This document shows, in pieces, positions 28,704-36,948 of a stretch of DNA of 64,000 nt (the stretch's first letter is position 1; each line of letters begins with the position of its first letter). The DNA is taken from NCBI RefSeq assembly GCF_030013595.1, contig NZ_CP122768.1; one strand, 5' to 3'. The notes beneath the pieces are model-generated. The model saw nothing but the letters and a program-made list of their open reading frames with translations. It ran no database searches and was not told the DNA's origin. The stretch comes from Escherichia coli. GTDB lineage: Bacteria; Pseudomonadota; Gammaproteobacteria; Enterobacterales; Enterobacteriaceae. A program made the position numbers and the translations under genes.

Positions 28704-29219
28704 TCCCGCTGCGAAGTGCCGCCCGCTCGCGCCAGCTAACCACTTCGCCGGGCGTCATCATGAAGATTTCGGCGGGCGACCAGTTAAAAATGGCGGCAAT
28801 ATCCGCCACCAGATCTTCGATGTGCTCAAAGCACACCAGGGTGATTACGCTGCCGTCTCCTGCACGCTCTTCGCGCCAGAGTCTGGCTCGCTCATAAAAT
28901 TTACAGCCACAGCGCACAACTGAATAAAATCGCGTGACGACATTTTTTTAATCATCACTTCATCCAGTCGTGGCGAGGTCACGCGAGGCAACAGCGTGAA
29001 CATGGTATCCGCTTTCAGATTCAGCACATCAGACAGCGACAGACCACGCAGGGATCCAGCCTGCTCAATAGCCCCGGTGATCTCCACATACGTGATTTTT
29101 TCGCCACCACGCTCAATTGGTCGGGTCAGTTTTACGCCACGTTCGACAGCCATATCCTCACCTGCCGTCACATCATCCGCCACGGTGTTATTCCGGGTTT
29201 CAGTATCGATGTCTTTCAT
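28681..29219 (-). CDS. E+E': E+E' fusion produced by programmed -1 frameshift
   Basis: A7 tract (plus-strand T7 at about 28943-28949); the -1 frame continues into the 28681-28917 ORF, as in P2 E/E' and lambda G/GT. Confidence 0.65.
28845..29219 (-). CDS. E: Tail assembly chaperone E (zero-frame product)
   Basis: ORF upstream of T containing an A7 slippery run; exact start uncertain. Confidence 0.7.
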   Translation of the reverse strand: MKDIDTETRNNTVADDVTAGEDMAVERGVKLTRPIERGGEKITYVEITGAIEQAGSLRGLSLSDVLNLKADTMFTLLPRVTSPRLDEVMIKKMSSRDFIQLCAVAVNFMSEPDSGAKSVQETAA

Positions 29220-29274
29220 CAGTTGTCTCCTTTTCAGTCAGAGGCGACGCACTGCGCCGCCTGCATATTATTTA

Positions 29275-29787
29275 TCAGCCAAGCCCAAGCGCGGAACGGA
29301 TACGGTCAGGCACAATGTCCTTGCCGTCCTTCCGGTAGATGTGGTTCAACAGGTCGATTTCCCACAGCGGGCGATCGTTAACGCTCAGCTTGTAGTAGGT
29401 GTTTTTGACAGCGTAAGTGTGTGATGTGGCTTCGCCCTGTTTGGCTTCCCCCATATCAATTTCCGTCACACGCCCGCGCATCTCGATTTCATACAGATCA
29501 CTTTCTGCATCGGTGTAGTATTCACCCGCAAAACGCAGCAGCGTGCCGTCAATCGTGCCGCCATATTTAAGGAACAGCGCACGAACAGCTCCCCCCATAA
29601 CAAAACTCGCATCAAGCGCGGAGTCGTCCAGACCGAGATCAATACTTACCGCCCCCATCATGCCACCACCACGATAGCTGTCGGTTTTGCGCGTCAGTTT
29701 GGGCGGCGTGACGGATGTCACTTTACCCACTTCGTTTTCACCATCCACAAACAACGTAAAAAAGCGAAGATGTTTTGGTACAGCCAT
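29275..29787 (-). CDS. FII: Tail tube protein (P2 gpFII)
   Basis: 170 aa, directly downstream of the sheath gene. Confidence 0.85.
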   Translation of the reverse strand: MAVPKHLRFFTLFVDGENEVGKVTSVTPPKLTRKTDSYRGGGMMGAVSIDLGLDDSALDASFVMGGAVRALFLKYGGTIDGTLLRFAGEYYTDAESDLYEIEMRGRVTEIDMGEAKQGEATSHTYAVKNTYYKLSVNDRPLWEIDLLNHIYRKDGKDIVPDRIRSALGLG

Positions 29788-30971
29788 CAGACACCTCCCA
29801 GCACCGCAAATGCGGGACCAAAGAATTCATCAGTAAACGTCTGGTAAAGCTCCATGTCTTCCAGTGGCGGAACGGGCGTATATTTGTAGCGAATACGCAC
29901 ACGTCCCTGACGTAAATCCGTGGTGCCGTTATCCACCACGTCATACCAGCACTCCGCACCAATCAGTTTCCCGGCAGTAACCAGCGAATCCAGTTTTGCT
30001 CTGATGGCACTGATAACATCCTTCACGTTCGCAGGCGTCAGTGGACTGTCGATGGTTTCAAACTGCGCTTCCGCAATTGAATCAGCCAGCACCTGTGCGG
30101 TTCGGGTATACACCTCAAAGATGTAGGCGTTCGTTTCCGGTGTGCGGTTGCCCCAGAAGCGGAACCCGTTGCGACGAATAATGGTCGTGATTTCTTTGTT
30201 GTTGAGGCTGTTGGCATCACTGTCTTCAGCCTGCAACGACCAGAACACATGCCTCGACATCCCCAGCACATTTTTAACCGGAACGTTGGACAGCGATTTG
30301 TGCCAGCCCTGCTCATGGTCAATGTACGCACGAAGGCCGCACGCATAGGCAGGCGCGGGGAACGTTTCGTTTTCGCCACTTTTCGGGTTGTAGGCGATGA
30401 AGTCCGGCCACAAGAGCATCACCTCACGTTCGTTGAATTTCTGGCGGTAGGTAATCGCTTCAGCCATCGTGTTACAGCCGTGACATGCGGCATACACAAA
30501 CGCGCGCAGTTTACCCGCAATCACGCACAGGGATTTTGTCACCGCCTCCGTGTCCAGCTCCGGCGCGGCCAGAATACGCGGACGGTATCCGATGCTTTCA
30601 TCCTGCTCTGCAACAAGCAGCGCATACATCCCCGTATAGCTGCCGTCATCCTCAGAACCACCGATAACCAGTTGATCCTGCGTCTTACCGTCTTCTTCTT
30701 TGTGTTCAGCCACGCGAACGACGATCACCTTTGTGCTCACCTGGTCTGCGATGGCCTTAAGCGCACGATAAAGCGTCCCCGTTGTTCCGCATTTTCCCAG
30801 CACGTCATTGACGCGGGTCAGCAGTGTGGGCTTGTTCAGCGGGAACAGCTTCGCGTCCGCATCATCCGCCGTTGCCACGATACCGATAACGCTGGAATCA
30901 ACATCGTTAATCGCTGTTACCAGGTCGGTATTTTCCGTAACACGGGCACCATGAAAACGAGTTTCACTCAT
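29787..30971 (-). CDS. FI: Tail sheath protein (P2 gpFI)
   Basis: 394 aa with conserved sheath blocks (GFRFWGNRT, YTRTAQV, YKYTPVPPLE). Confidence 0.9.
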   Translation of the reverse strand: MSETRFHGARVTENTDLVTAINDVDSSVIGIVATADDADAKLFPLNKPTLLTRVNDVLGKCGTTGTLYRALKAIADQVSTKVIVVRVAEHKEEDGKTQDQLVIGGSEDDGSYTGMYALLVAEQDESIGYRPRILAAPELDTEAVTKSLCVIAGKLRAFVYAACHGCNTMAEAITYRQKFNEREVMLLWPDFIAYNPKSGENETFPAPAYACGLRAYIDHEQGWHKSLSNVPVKNVLGMSRHVFWSLQAEDSDANSLNNKEITTIIRRNGFRFWGNRTPETNAYIFEVYTRTAQVLADSIAEAQFETIDSPLTPANVKDVISAIRAKLDSLVTAGKLIGAECWYDVVDNGTTDLRQGRVRIRYKYTPVPPLEDMELYQTFTDEFFGPAFAVLGGV

Positions 30972-31128
30972 AGCTTCAGCCCCTTGTATCCGTTAAATGA
31001 TTCGGCAACAATCATCACCCACCACGCGCGTAATCTCACCCCTGCGCCGTTCTCCCGACCCAGCGACAACAAAAAGCAGTAACCCCCTCCGCACGCACAT
31101 GCGACCATGCCGCACAGGGAGGGAACAG

Positions 31129-32232
31129 ATGACCGACACCACCATGCAATTGCTCAGTCAGGGCACAGACCCCGTGAAAATGCCGGATTTTGATATTCTT
31201 GCGGAGGGTAAAACGCTGTCAGGCGTGGCAGAGCGCCTGATGAGCCTGTCACTGACCGACAACCGGGGATTTGAGGCGGACCAGCTCACCATCACGCTGG
31301 ATGATGCGGATGGTCAGTTGCAGCTACCGCCACGGGGCGCGCGCCTGACGGTTCTCATTGGCTGGAAAGGAGAACCGCTGACAGAAAAAGGCACTTACAT
31401 TGTTGATGAAATCGCTCACGAAGGACCGCCGGACAGGCTGACAGTTTCAGCCAGAAGCGCAGATTTTCGGGATGAATTTAACGTTAAACGTGAGGTGTCC
31501 TGGCATGATGTGACCGTTGAGCGTGTGGTATCCGCCATCGCTCATCGGTATGGTCTGAAATCGCAAATCAGCGAAATGCTGATGGATATTGAAATCGACC
31601 ACGCCGACCAGACCGAAGAAAGCGACATGTCCTTCCTTACGCGCATGGCGGAAATGCTGGGCGCAATCACTACGGTAAAAAGCGGTAATCTGTTATTCAT
31701 TATGCCAGGCGGTGGCGTGAACGCGCAGGGCCAGCCGTTGCCCTCGTTCGCCATCACACGCAGCAGCGGCGATCGCCATCAGTTCCGCATTGCTGACCGA
31801 GAGGCGTATACGGGGGTACGCGCTTACTGGCTTGATCTTAATTACGGGAAAAAGAAAAAAGTCAGCGTGAAACGCCGTAAACCGCCAAAACCCAAAAAGG
31901 AGAAAAGCAGCAGCCGTGAAGGTGATTATATGGAAGGCGCGGAAGGCAATGTGTTTGTGTTACGCAAGACTTATCAGAACGAGCAGGCAGCAAGACGCGC
32001 AGCGGCGGCAAAGTGGCAGCAGCTACAACGCGGAGCCGCAGCGTTCTCCATCACATTGGCACGTGGACGCGCAGAACTCTACCCCGAAATGCATGGCACG
32101 GTAACAGGCTTTAAAAGCGAGATTGATAATCAGGACTGGATTATTGCGAAAGCCGAGCACACCATTGATAACAGCGGCTTTACCACGCAGCTTGAGCTTG
32201 AGGCAAAAATCCCGGAATGGATAGCAGAATGA
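31129..32232 (+). CDS. D: Tail protein D (P2 gpD, late control gene D family)
   Basis: Start at MTDTTMQLL with AGGGAGGG ribosome-binding site; size and position as P2 D. Confidence 0.8.
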   Translation: MTDTTMQLLSQGTDPVKMPDFDILAEGKTLSGVAERLMSLSLTDNRGFEADQLTITLDDADGQLQLPPRGARLTVLIGWKGEPLTEKGTYIVDEIAHEGPPDRLTVSARSADFRDEFNVKREVSWHDVTVERVVSAIAHRYGLKSQISEMLMDIEIDHADQTEESDMSFLTRMAEMLGAITTVKSGNLLFIMPGGGVNAQGQPLPSFAITRSSGDRHQFRIADREAYTGVRAYWLDLNYGKKKKVSVKRRKPPKPKKEKSSSREGDYMEGAEGNVFVLRKTYQNEQAARRAAAAKWQQLQRGAAAFSITLARGRAELYPEMHGTVTGFKSEIDNQDWIIAKAEHTIDNSGFTTQLELEAKIPEWIAE

Positions 32233-32396
32233 GACTCTTAAATGTATTAGTCCAGACACGTACTAGCGGGCTAAACGGCACAGTCTTATCTGACCATCTG
32301 CCCCTGACACAGAGCAGACGGTCCTTGATCTTACCCACTAATAATGGACGCGCGACTAATATAATTTATTGCTTTTTATTTATACCTCACTGAGAT

Positions 32397-33032
32397 TTAG
32401 CGAGCTAATATATTCAAAGAATTTAACAATTGAGTGTCGAGTGTTTCAGTTGCAGGAATCGGTAATCCATTCGCAATGCGGTAATTTTTCACAGACAGCC
32501 TTGTGGATGGCCCCATTATGCCGTCAATATTTCCGTTATAAAATCCCCTGTCCAGCAATGCGAACTGAACTCGCATAATCAATCGCTTACGTTTCTCTGC
32601 ATCAGAAGCAAGCCCATTACTCGTACGGTTAACCTCTGAAGTTCCAACAGAACTCGTGTTAGTGGTTCTATTATTATCGTTAGAACGAAGTGCACGCACC
32701 GAGGAAGAGGACGATGAGGAACTTGCACCTGAACTTGAAGAACCAGATGAACTTGGTGAGCTGTATGTTTTTGGATAATAGGGGGTACTTCCACCATAGT
32801 ATCCACCACCTGATGAGGATCTATGAGAGCTATGGCTCCTATGAGAACTATGGCTTCGATGCCCTGCGATATAAAATGGGACTTCCGTGTTAAGTGGAGC
32901 TATCACTAAATCATGCTCATTAAGAGTCATACCAGGTAAATCACTCGCTCCTGTAGATGAATCGCTTGCCCATACAGAATTGTTGAGAGCCAAAAATCCC
33001 GGAAGTAGAGCAGCAAAATTAAACTTTTTCAT
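32397..33032 (-). CDS. hxsA: His-Xaa-Ser repeat protein HxsA: secreted precursor with Gly/Ser/Tyr-rich linker and C-terminal peptidoglycan-binding domain
   Basis: Signal peptide MKKFNFAALLPGFLALNNSVWA; HRSHSSHRSHSSHRS repeats; C-terminus LLDRGFYNGNIDGIMGPSTRLSVKNYRIANGLP resembles PG_binding_1; ATGA overlap with hxsC. Confidence 0.8.
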   Translation of the reverse strand: MKKFNFAALLPGFLALNNSVWASDSSTGASDLPGMTLNEHDLVIAPLNTEVPFYIAGHRSHSSHRSHSSHRSSSGGGYYGGSTPYYPKTYSSPSSSGSSSSGASSSSSSSSVRALRSNDNNRTTNTSSVGTSEVNRTSNGLASDAEKRKRLIMRVQFALLDRGFYNGNIDGIMGPSTRLSVKNYRIANGLPIPATETLDTQLLNSLNILAR

Positions 33033-34141
33033 AAAATTGGTCTCGGTGATTGATGAAAACGGCCTTTTGAGGAACTGAAATAGCCAGCACAGGAAGGCTT
33101 CTGAGTACATTCATCACATTCTTTTGGATAGTAATTTTTCCAATCAGAGATCGACTGAACAGCAAGCTCCCTAGCCCTTTCAGGAAGATAACACAAAGGA
33201 TAATTAAAAATTGTCAGAGGTATGCCTGACCTGTATGCAGCGTCTATGGCAGAGATTATTTTCTCACTATAACTACTGTGATCAATGAAGATGGTGGACC
33301 AGTTTTTTCGTGCCCAACCGATAGGCTCCAACCCCATAAGGGAAATCTGATTGATGTTGGAGAACACACGGCCAGCGAATTCTACGATATCATCCAATTC
33401 GGTATAGTTAGCCAGTGTAGGAATAACTCTAAGTTCGATATTAATCCCCAAGTTTCCTGCATTGATTAACCCTTTAACCGTTTCATTAAATGCGCCATCA
33501 CTCCCTACCAGATGATCATGCACAAGTGGTCTTGATGAGTAGAGCGGGATACCAAAGGTGATTTTGATCTTTTTGCTTCGCTTTGCCATTTCCTGTGTAA
33601 AGTTGGTATCAGCAAATTTGCGTCCGTTTGTTAAAACATGTAAAGCAGTATCTGGTGAATTCTCGATGATAAAATCAATGAAGTGAAGGAAGTCATCCCC
33701 ATATAGCAAAGGTTCACCACCGCTGACCCCAACAACTCCGTTCAAGCCAAATGAAGCTATAGCAAGAGCTGATTGGGTAAGTAGCCAGTCATCATTTATT
33801 TTCTTTGGTGGCTGCGAACAAAACAGACACAAGTTATTGCAGCGTTCCGTAACTAAGACAGTATTATGATTGGCTTTGCGTGACAGAATAACGCGTATCA
33901 TATTGCCATTGTTGATTATCCCAATATCTCCATCTTCAATTGACTCAAATAATTCAGTGCTAATAACAGAGAAATCAAAGCATGGTGGAATGGCATCATT
34001 ATTGCCTTCAGCAACTACTAGCAAATTGGGCAAAAAGAATAAAGGGTTCACTGGTTTTTGTTTGCATAACCGATAGAACCCCGTGGGCACGTTCTCTGTA
34101 GAAGCAAAATGAAAGATATCGTTCCTGATAACCTCAGACAT
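33029..34141 (-). CDS. hxsC: Radical SAM maturase (HxsC-type assignment; B/C assignment tentative)
   Basis: CNNLCLFC (Cx3Cx2C) radical-SAM cluster motif; C-terminal CDEC...C cluster; overlaps both neighbours. Confidence 0.8.
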   Translation of the reverse strand: MSEVIRNDIFHFASTENVPTGFYRLCKQKPVNPLFFLPNLLVVAEGNNDAIPPCFDFSVISTELFESIEDGDIGIINNGNMIRVILSRKANHNTVLVTERCNNLCLFCSQPPKKINDDWLLTQSALAIASFGLNGVVGVSGGEPLLYGDDFLHFIDFIIENSPDTALHVLTNGRKFADTNFTQEMAKRSKKIKITFGIPLYSSRPLVHDHLVGSDGAFNETVKGLINAGNLGINIELRVIPTLANYTELDDIVEFAGRVFSNINQISLMGLEPIGWARKNWSTIFIDHSSYSEKIISAIDAAYRSGIPLTIFNYPLCYLPERARELAVQSISDWKNYYPKECDECTQKPSCAGYFSSSKGRFHQSPRPIL

Positions 34142-35522
34142 ATGCCCATCCTTTTAGCATCTCAGCCTTCGAACCACCCTCTGAGATGCAGTTCATCAGA
34201 TACCTGAACATCCCCTTGTGATATTGACAAAACGTTGAACGACTCCTATCACCGACAGGCTCACCCTGTACACTTATGTTCTGGCATGGATCTGAACCAC
34301 AAAATGGTTGATATGCACATGTATCACAACCTGGCAGAGCAAAATTGAACGATGAACTCAATACTGCGTTATAGTAAGGACTATCAGAAAATGATAGCGT
34401 CTTAACTTCACCCGCACTGAACTCCGTTTCAGGATTCACCTTCTGCAACATACGGCTCTCATCGCTACCATATACTCGACCGTCATAATTGAAAAGAATA
34501 CTGTTAAGCACGACTCCACTTGGAGACTTTAAATCCGCATAACCACTAAAACCGGGATTGAAGATCCTTTTCAGATGAATGGAGGCCGAATGTTCCACAA
34601 CCCTTATCCCTTCATTATTAATCTTAAGGATTTCATCTATCAACGAGGCATAGAAGCTGAAGTATTCGTCCATAGAAAAGGTGAAAGAAGCTTTTTGTGC
34701 AAACCCATAGGGACTAACAGGTCGGATAAACATGTCCTTGAGACCAAGAGACAAGTGAGCCTGAACAATCGATTCAGGACGTCTGATAAGCTCTTTAGTA
34801 ACTGTAGTAACCGTTGCAACGCGGCCAGCACCTAAAGAGTGTTTGATAGCCTCTACCCCTGACACTGTTCTACTGTACGCAAGCCCACGACCAAGAATTC
34901 GATTACTGTTGTGAACAACTTCCTCACCATCAAGCGACACAGAGAACGTTATGTTCCGGTCTCTCGACCATTCAATCATATCCTCATTCAAGACAGACAG
35001 ACTTGATGCCACCACCATCTCAAAATTGGTTCTTCCCAGCGTTTCAGCACATTGATCATAGATGCTCTGAATTAAATCAAACCGCAAGAGAGGCTCCCCA
35101 CCCTGTATCTCTATTTTGTAAGGTGGCGTTGATAGTTTTTTAATAGCCGAAATAATATCGGGGATGAGCTCAGGATTTAGGTCGTAACCTGAGGCATTAA
35201 CAGAAGCTCTACTAACCTGGCAATACTTGCATGTATGGTCACAACGTAATGTGGGTACAATCATGAAAATTGGCCTGACAGCCAGTTCATTCATCAATCG
35301 TTTTGCAAAAGCAGAACTTAAAGCATAGGGAGTTATAGCAGATGAGCTTTCACTGGTTATGAAAAGCTTACTTTCTAGCACGTTTGATTGCTCCGAACTA
35401 ATTCGCTCATCAGAAAGATCAATAAGGTCTTGCTCACCAATGAAATGATGAAAACCTGCAAGGTTGCTTATAAACACCTGTCCATTAGGCAATCTGTCAA
35501 AATTAAATGGCATCAATTCCAT
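34134..35522 (-). CDS. hxsB: Radical SAM/SPASM maturase (HxsB-type assignment; B/C assignment tentative)
   Basis: CDHTCKYC (Cx3Cx2C) motif plus C-terminal Cys-rich SPASM-like region (CDTCAYQPFCGSDPC...C). Confidence 0.8.
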   Translation of the reverse strand: MELMPFNFDRLPNGQVFISNLAGFHHFIGEQDLIDLSDERISSEQSNVLESKLFITSESSSAITPYALSSAFAKRLMNELAVRPIFMIVPTLRCDHTCKYCQVSRASVNASGYDLNPELIPDIISAIKKLSTPPYKIEIQGGEPLLRFDLIQSIYDQCAETLGRTNFEMVVASSLSVLNEDMIEWSRDRNITFSVSLDGEEVVHNSNRILGRGLAYSRTVSGVEAIKHSLGAGRVATVTTVTKELIRRPESIVQAHLSLGLKDMFIRPVSPYGFAQKASFTFSMDEYFSFYASLIDEILKINNEGIRVVEHSASIHLKRIFNPGFSGYADLKSPSGVVLNSILFNYDGRVYGSDESRMLQKVNPETEFSAGEVKTLSFSDSPYYNAVLSSSFNFALPGCDTCAYQPFCGSDPCQNISVQGEPVGDRSRSTFCQYHKGMFRYLMNCISEGGSKAEMLKGWAYV

Positions 35523-35836
35523 TATGAAAGCCTCTCATCAACACTGCGAAGCACTTTATGGACAATAGAGTCTCTCAACGCCCCTGTTTTATGCTGTAGC
35601 TTTTCTCGCAAAGAGTAATCATTAAGCAGCCTATCGAATTCATAAAGGAATTTGGGATTATCGTTTTCAAAAGAGATTATCCAGTGGGAAACGTCTTCAT
35701 GGAGTTTCCATCGAGTAAGCGGAGTCATCCAATATAGACTATTGCGTATAACCCATTCAGAATATAGTTCTTTCTCAAACACTCTTTCGCTCATTGCAAT
35801 TATCTTCCAATACAAATATTCATGATCAGCAACCAC
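35522..35836 (-). CDS. hxsD: HxsD, small LLNDYxLRE-motif protein of the His-Xaa-Ser system
   Basis: Contains FDRLLNDYSLREKL; GTG start at 35836 (alternative ATG at 35794); stop overlaps hxsB start by 1 nt. Confidence 0.7.
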   Translation of the reverse strand: MVADHEYLYWKIIAMSERVFEKELYSEWVIRNSLYWMTPLTRWKLHEDVSHWIISFENDNPKFLYEFDRLLNDYSLREKLQHKTGALRDSIVHKVLRSVDERLS

Positions 35837-35871
35837 TTTAAAGCGGATTTTTCCTATGGCAACAATAATAT

Positions 35872-35891
35872 AACATATCCATAGATATGTT
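35872..35891. promoter_or_regulatory. Perfect 8-bp inverted repeat (AACATATC-n4-GATATGTT) upstream of the hxs operon; candidate operator
   Basis: Located about 35-55 bp upstream of the hxsD start in the hxs/ogr intergenic region. Confidence 0.35.
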
Positions 35892-36046
35892 ACAGATGCC
35901 TTGTTTCCCGTTGACTAATACATCACAACGTTAGTAATGGCTATCACAATTGTGAACTTCCACTTTTCACACAAGACAAGCTGTTAATTGGAATCTGTAT
36001 CAGTACAACTTAGAATATCGGAAGCACCACAGTAAGGGAGGTCGCT

Positions 36047-36307
36047 ATGTTCCGTTGTCCGCTTTGTGGCGCATCCGCCCGAATCCGCACCAGTCGTCCG
36101 GAAAATGATTCAAACACCGTGCGGCAAAAGTATTACCAATGTAACAACCTAGAATGCGGCGTATGCTTCTCAACACTGGAAGCTTTCCATAAATTCACAT
36201 CAAAACACGCCTCCGGCGCTCACTCTTCAGAAGGTATCCCGTGGCATGAACTGCCAGCTTCACACAAAGGAAACAATCAGATGAGTTTGCCCTTACCTCA
36301 AAATTAA
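36047..36307 (+). CDS. ogr: Late transcription activator Ogr (C4 zinc finger)
   Basis: MFRCPLCGASARIRTSR...YYQCNNLEC parallels P2 Ogr (MFHCPLCQHAAHARTSR...YHQCQNVNC). Confidence 0.9.
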   Translation: MFRCPLCGASARIRTSRPENDSNTVRQKYYQCNNLECGVCFSTLEAFHKFTSKHASGAHSSEGIPWHELPASHKGNNQMSLPLPQN

Positions 36308-36367
36308 CAGGCAGAATTGCCGGAGTAACAAAAAAGAGATAGATTACGCGCGGGTGCCTTTCGGCTG

Positions 36368-36631
36368 ATGGTCGGAGGGAATACCCGAAGGCCAGATGTG
36401 GAAAGGCCCCGGAAAACATTTCTGTTTAACCGAGGCCCTAACCGCATTACCTTGACAAGTGAAAGGTTAGCGCCTCTCCGGAAAAGGAGCAAGTGCTATG
36501 TCGCAAAAATCGCTTACGGCCATCATGTTCTGCGTGACGGCAATCCTCATCATCTGGATGTTGCACGGTTCGCTGTGCGAAATACGGATGAGATTCTGGG
36601 GAGCGGAGTTTGCGGCGTTCTTACAGTGTAA
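36368..36631 (+). CDS. Mok-like overlapping reading frame (translation-coupling ORF for the hok-like toxin)
   Basis: 87-aa ORF in another frame spanning the hok-like gene, as in hok/mok loci; may not yield a stable protein. Confidence 0.35.
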   Translation: MVGGNTRRPDVERPRKTFLFNRGPNRITLTSERLAPLRKRSKCYVAKIAYGHHVLRDGNPHHLDVARFAVRNTDEILGSGVCGVLTV

Positions 36632-36638
36632 GCAGTAA
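36498..36638 (+). CDS. hok: Hok/Gef-family type I toxin (46 aa)
   Basis: AAAAGGAG ribosome-binding site; MSQKSLTAIMFCVTAILIIWMLHGSLCEIRMRFWGAEFAAFLQCKQ has the Hok pattern (TM helix then SLCEIR...AAF). Confidence 0.7.
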   Translation: MSQKSLTAIMFCVTAILIIWMLHGSLCEIRMRFWGAEFAAFLQCKQ

Positions 36639-36725
36639 GGAAACCGCGACGGGGGAGCAATCCCCCGTCAATCGGTTGCCAGGGTAAGGTCGATAAGGCA
36701 CCCTATCTCACAGACATGAACAACA

Positions 36726-36760
36726 AACCCGCAACGTAAAAACTGCGGGTTTTCTTTTTG
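36726..36760 (+). terminator. Rho-independent terminator downstream of the hok-like gene
   Basis: Hairpin ACCCGCA...TGCGGGT followed by TTTTCTTTTT. Confidence 0.6.
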
Positions 36761-36906
36761 GTGTCCTTACTGACTTGAAACGGTGATCAGACTATAAGAC
36801 AAAGCCCACAATGTAGCGGGCTTACTCCCCTCTCCCTCCACTGAATGTGGACACATGGTGGAACGAAGATATATAAAACATTATAAATCAATCGGTTACT
36901 GAAAGA

Positions 36907-36926
36907 AAAAAGGCCGCAGAGCGGCC
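36907..36926. repeat. attR core of the P2-like prophage (direct repeat copy 2); also the terminator hairpin of the downstream lambdoid gene
   Basis: Exact 20-bp match to 864-883; on the minus strand it forms hairpin plus T-run just after the stop of ORF 36949-37164. Confidence 0.6.
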
Positions 36927-36948
36927 TTTATGGTTTATTGACAATTGA

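Larger units (their letters stand above)
864..36926. mobile_element. P2-like prophage (complete, about 36 kb) bounded by 20-bp direct repeats
   Basis: P2-type gene set and order from int/C through D/ogr; identical 20-mer AAAAAGGCCGCAGAGCGGCC at 864-883 and 36907-36926. Confidence 0.85.
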
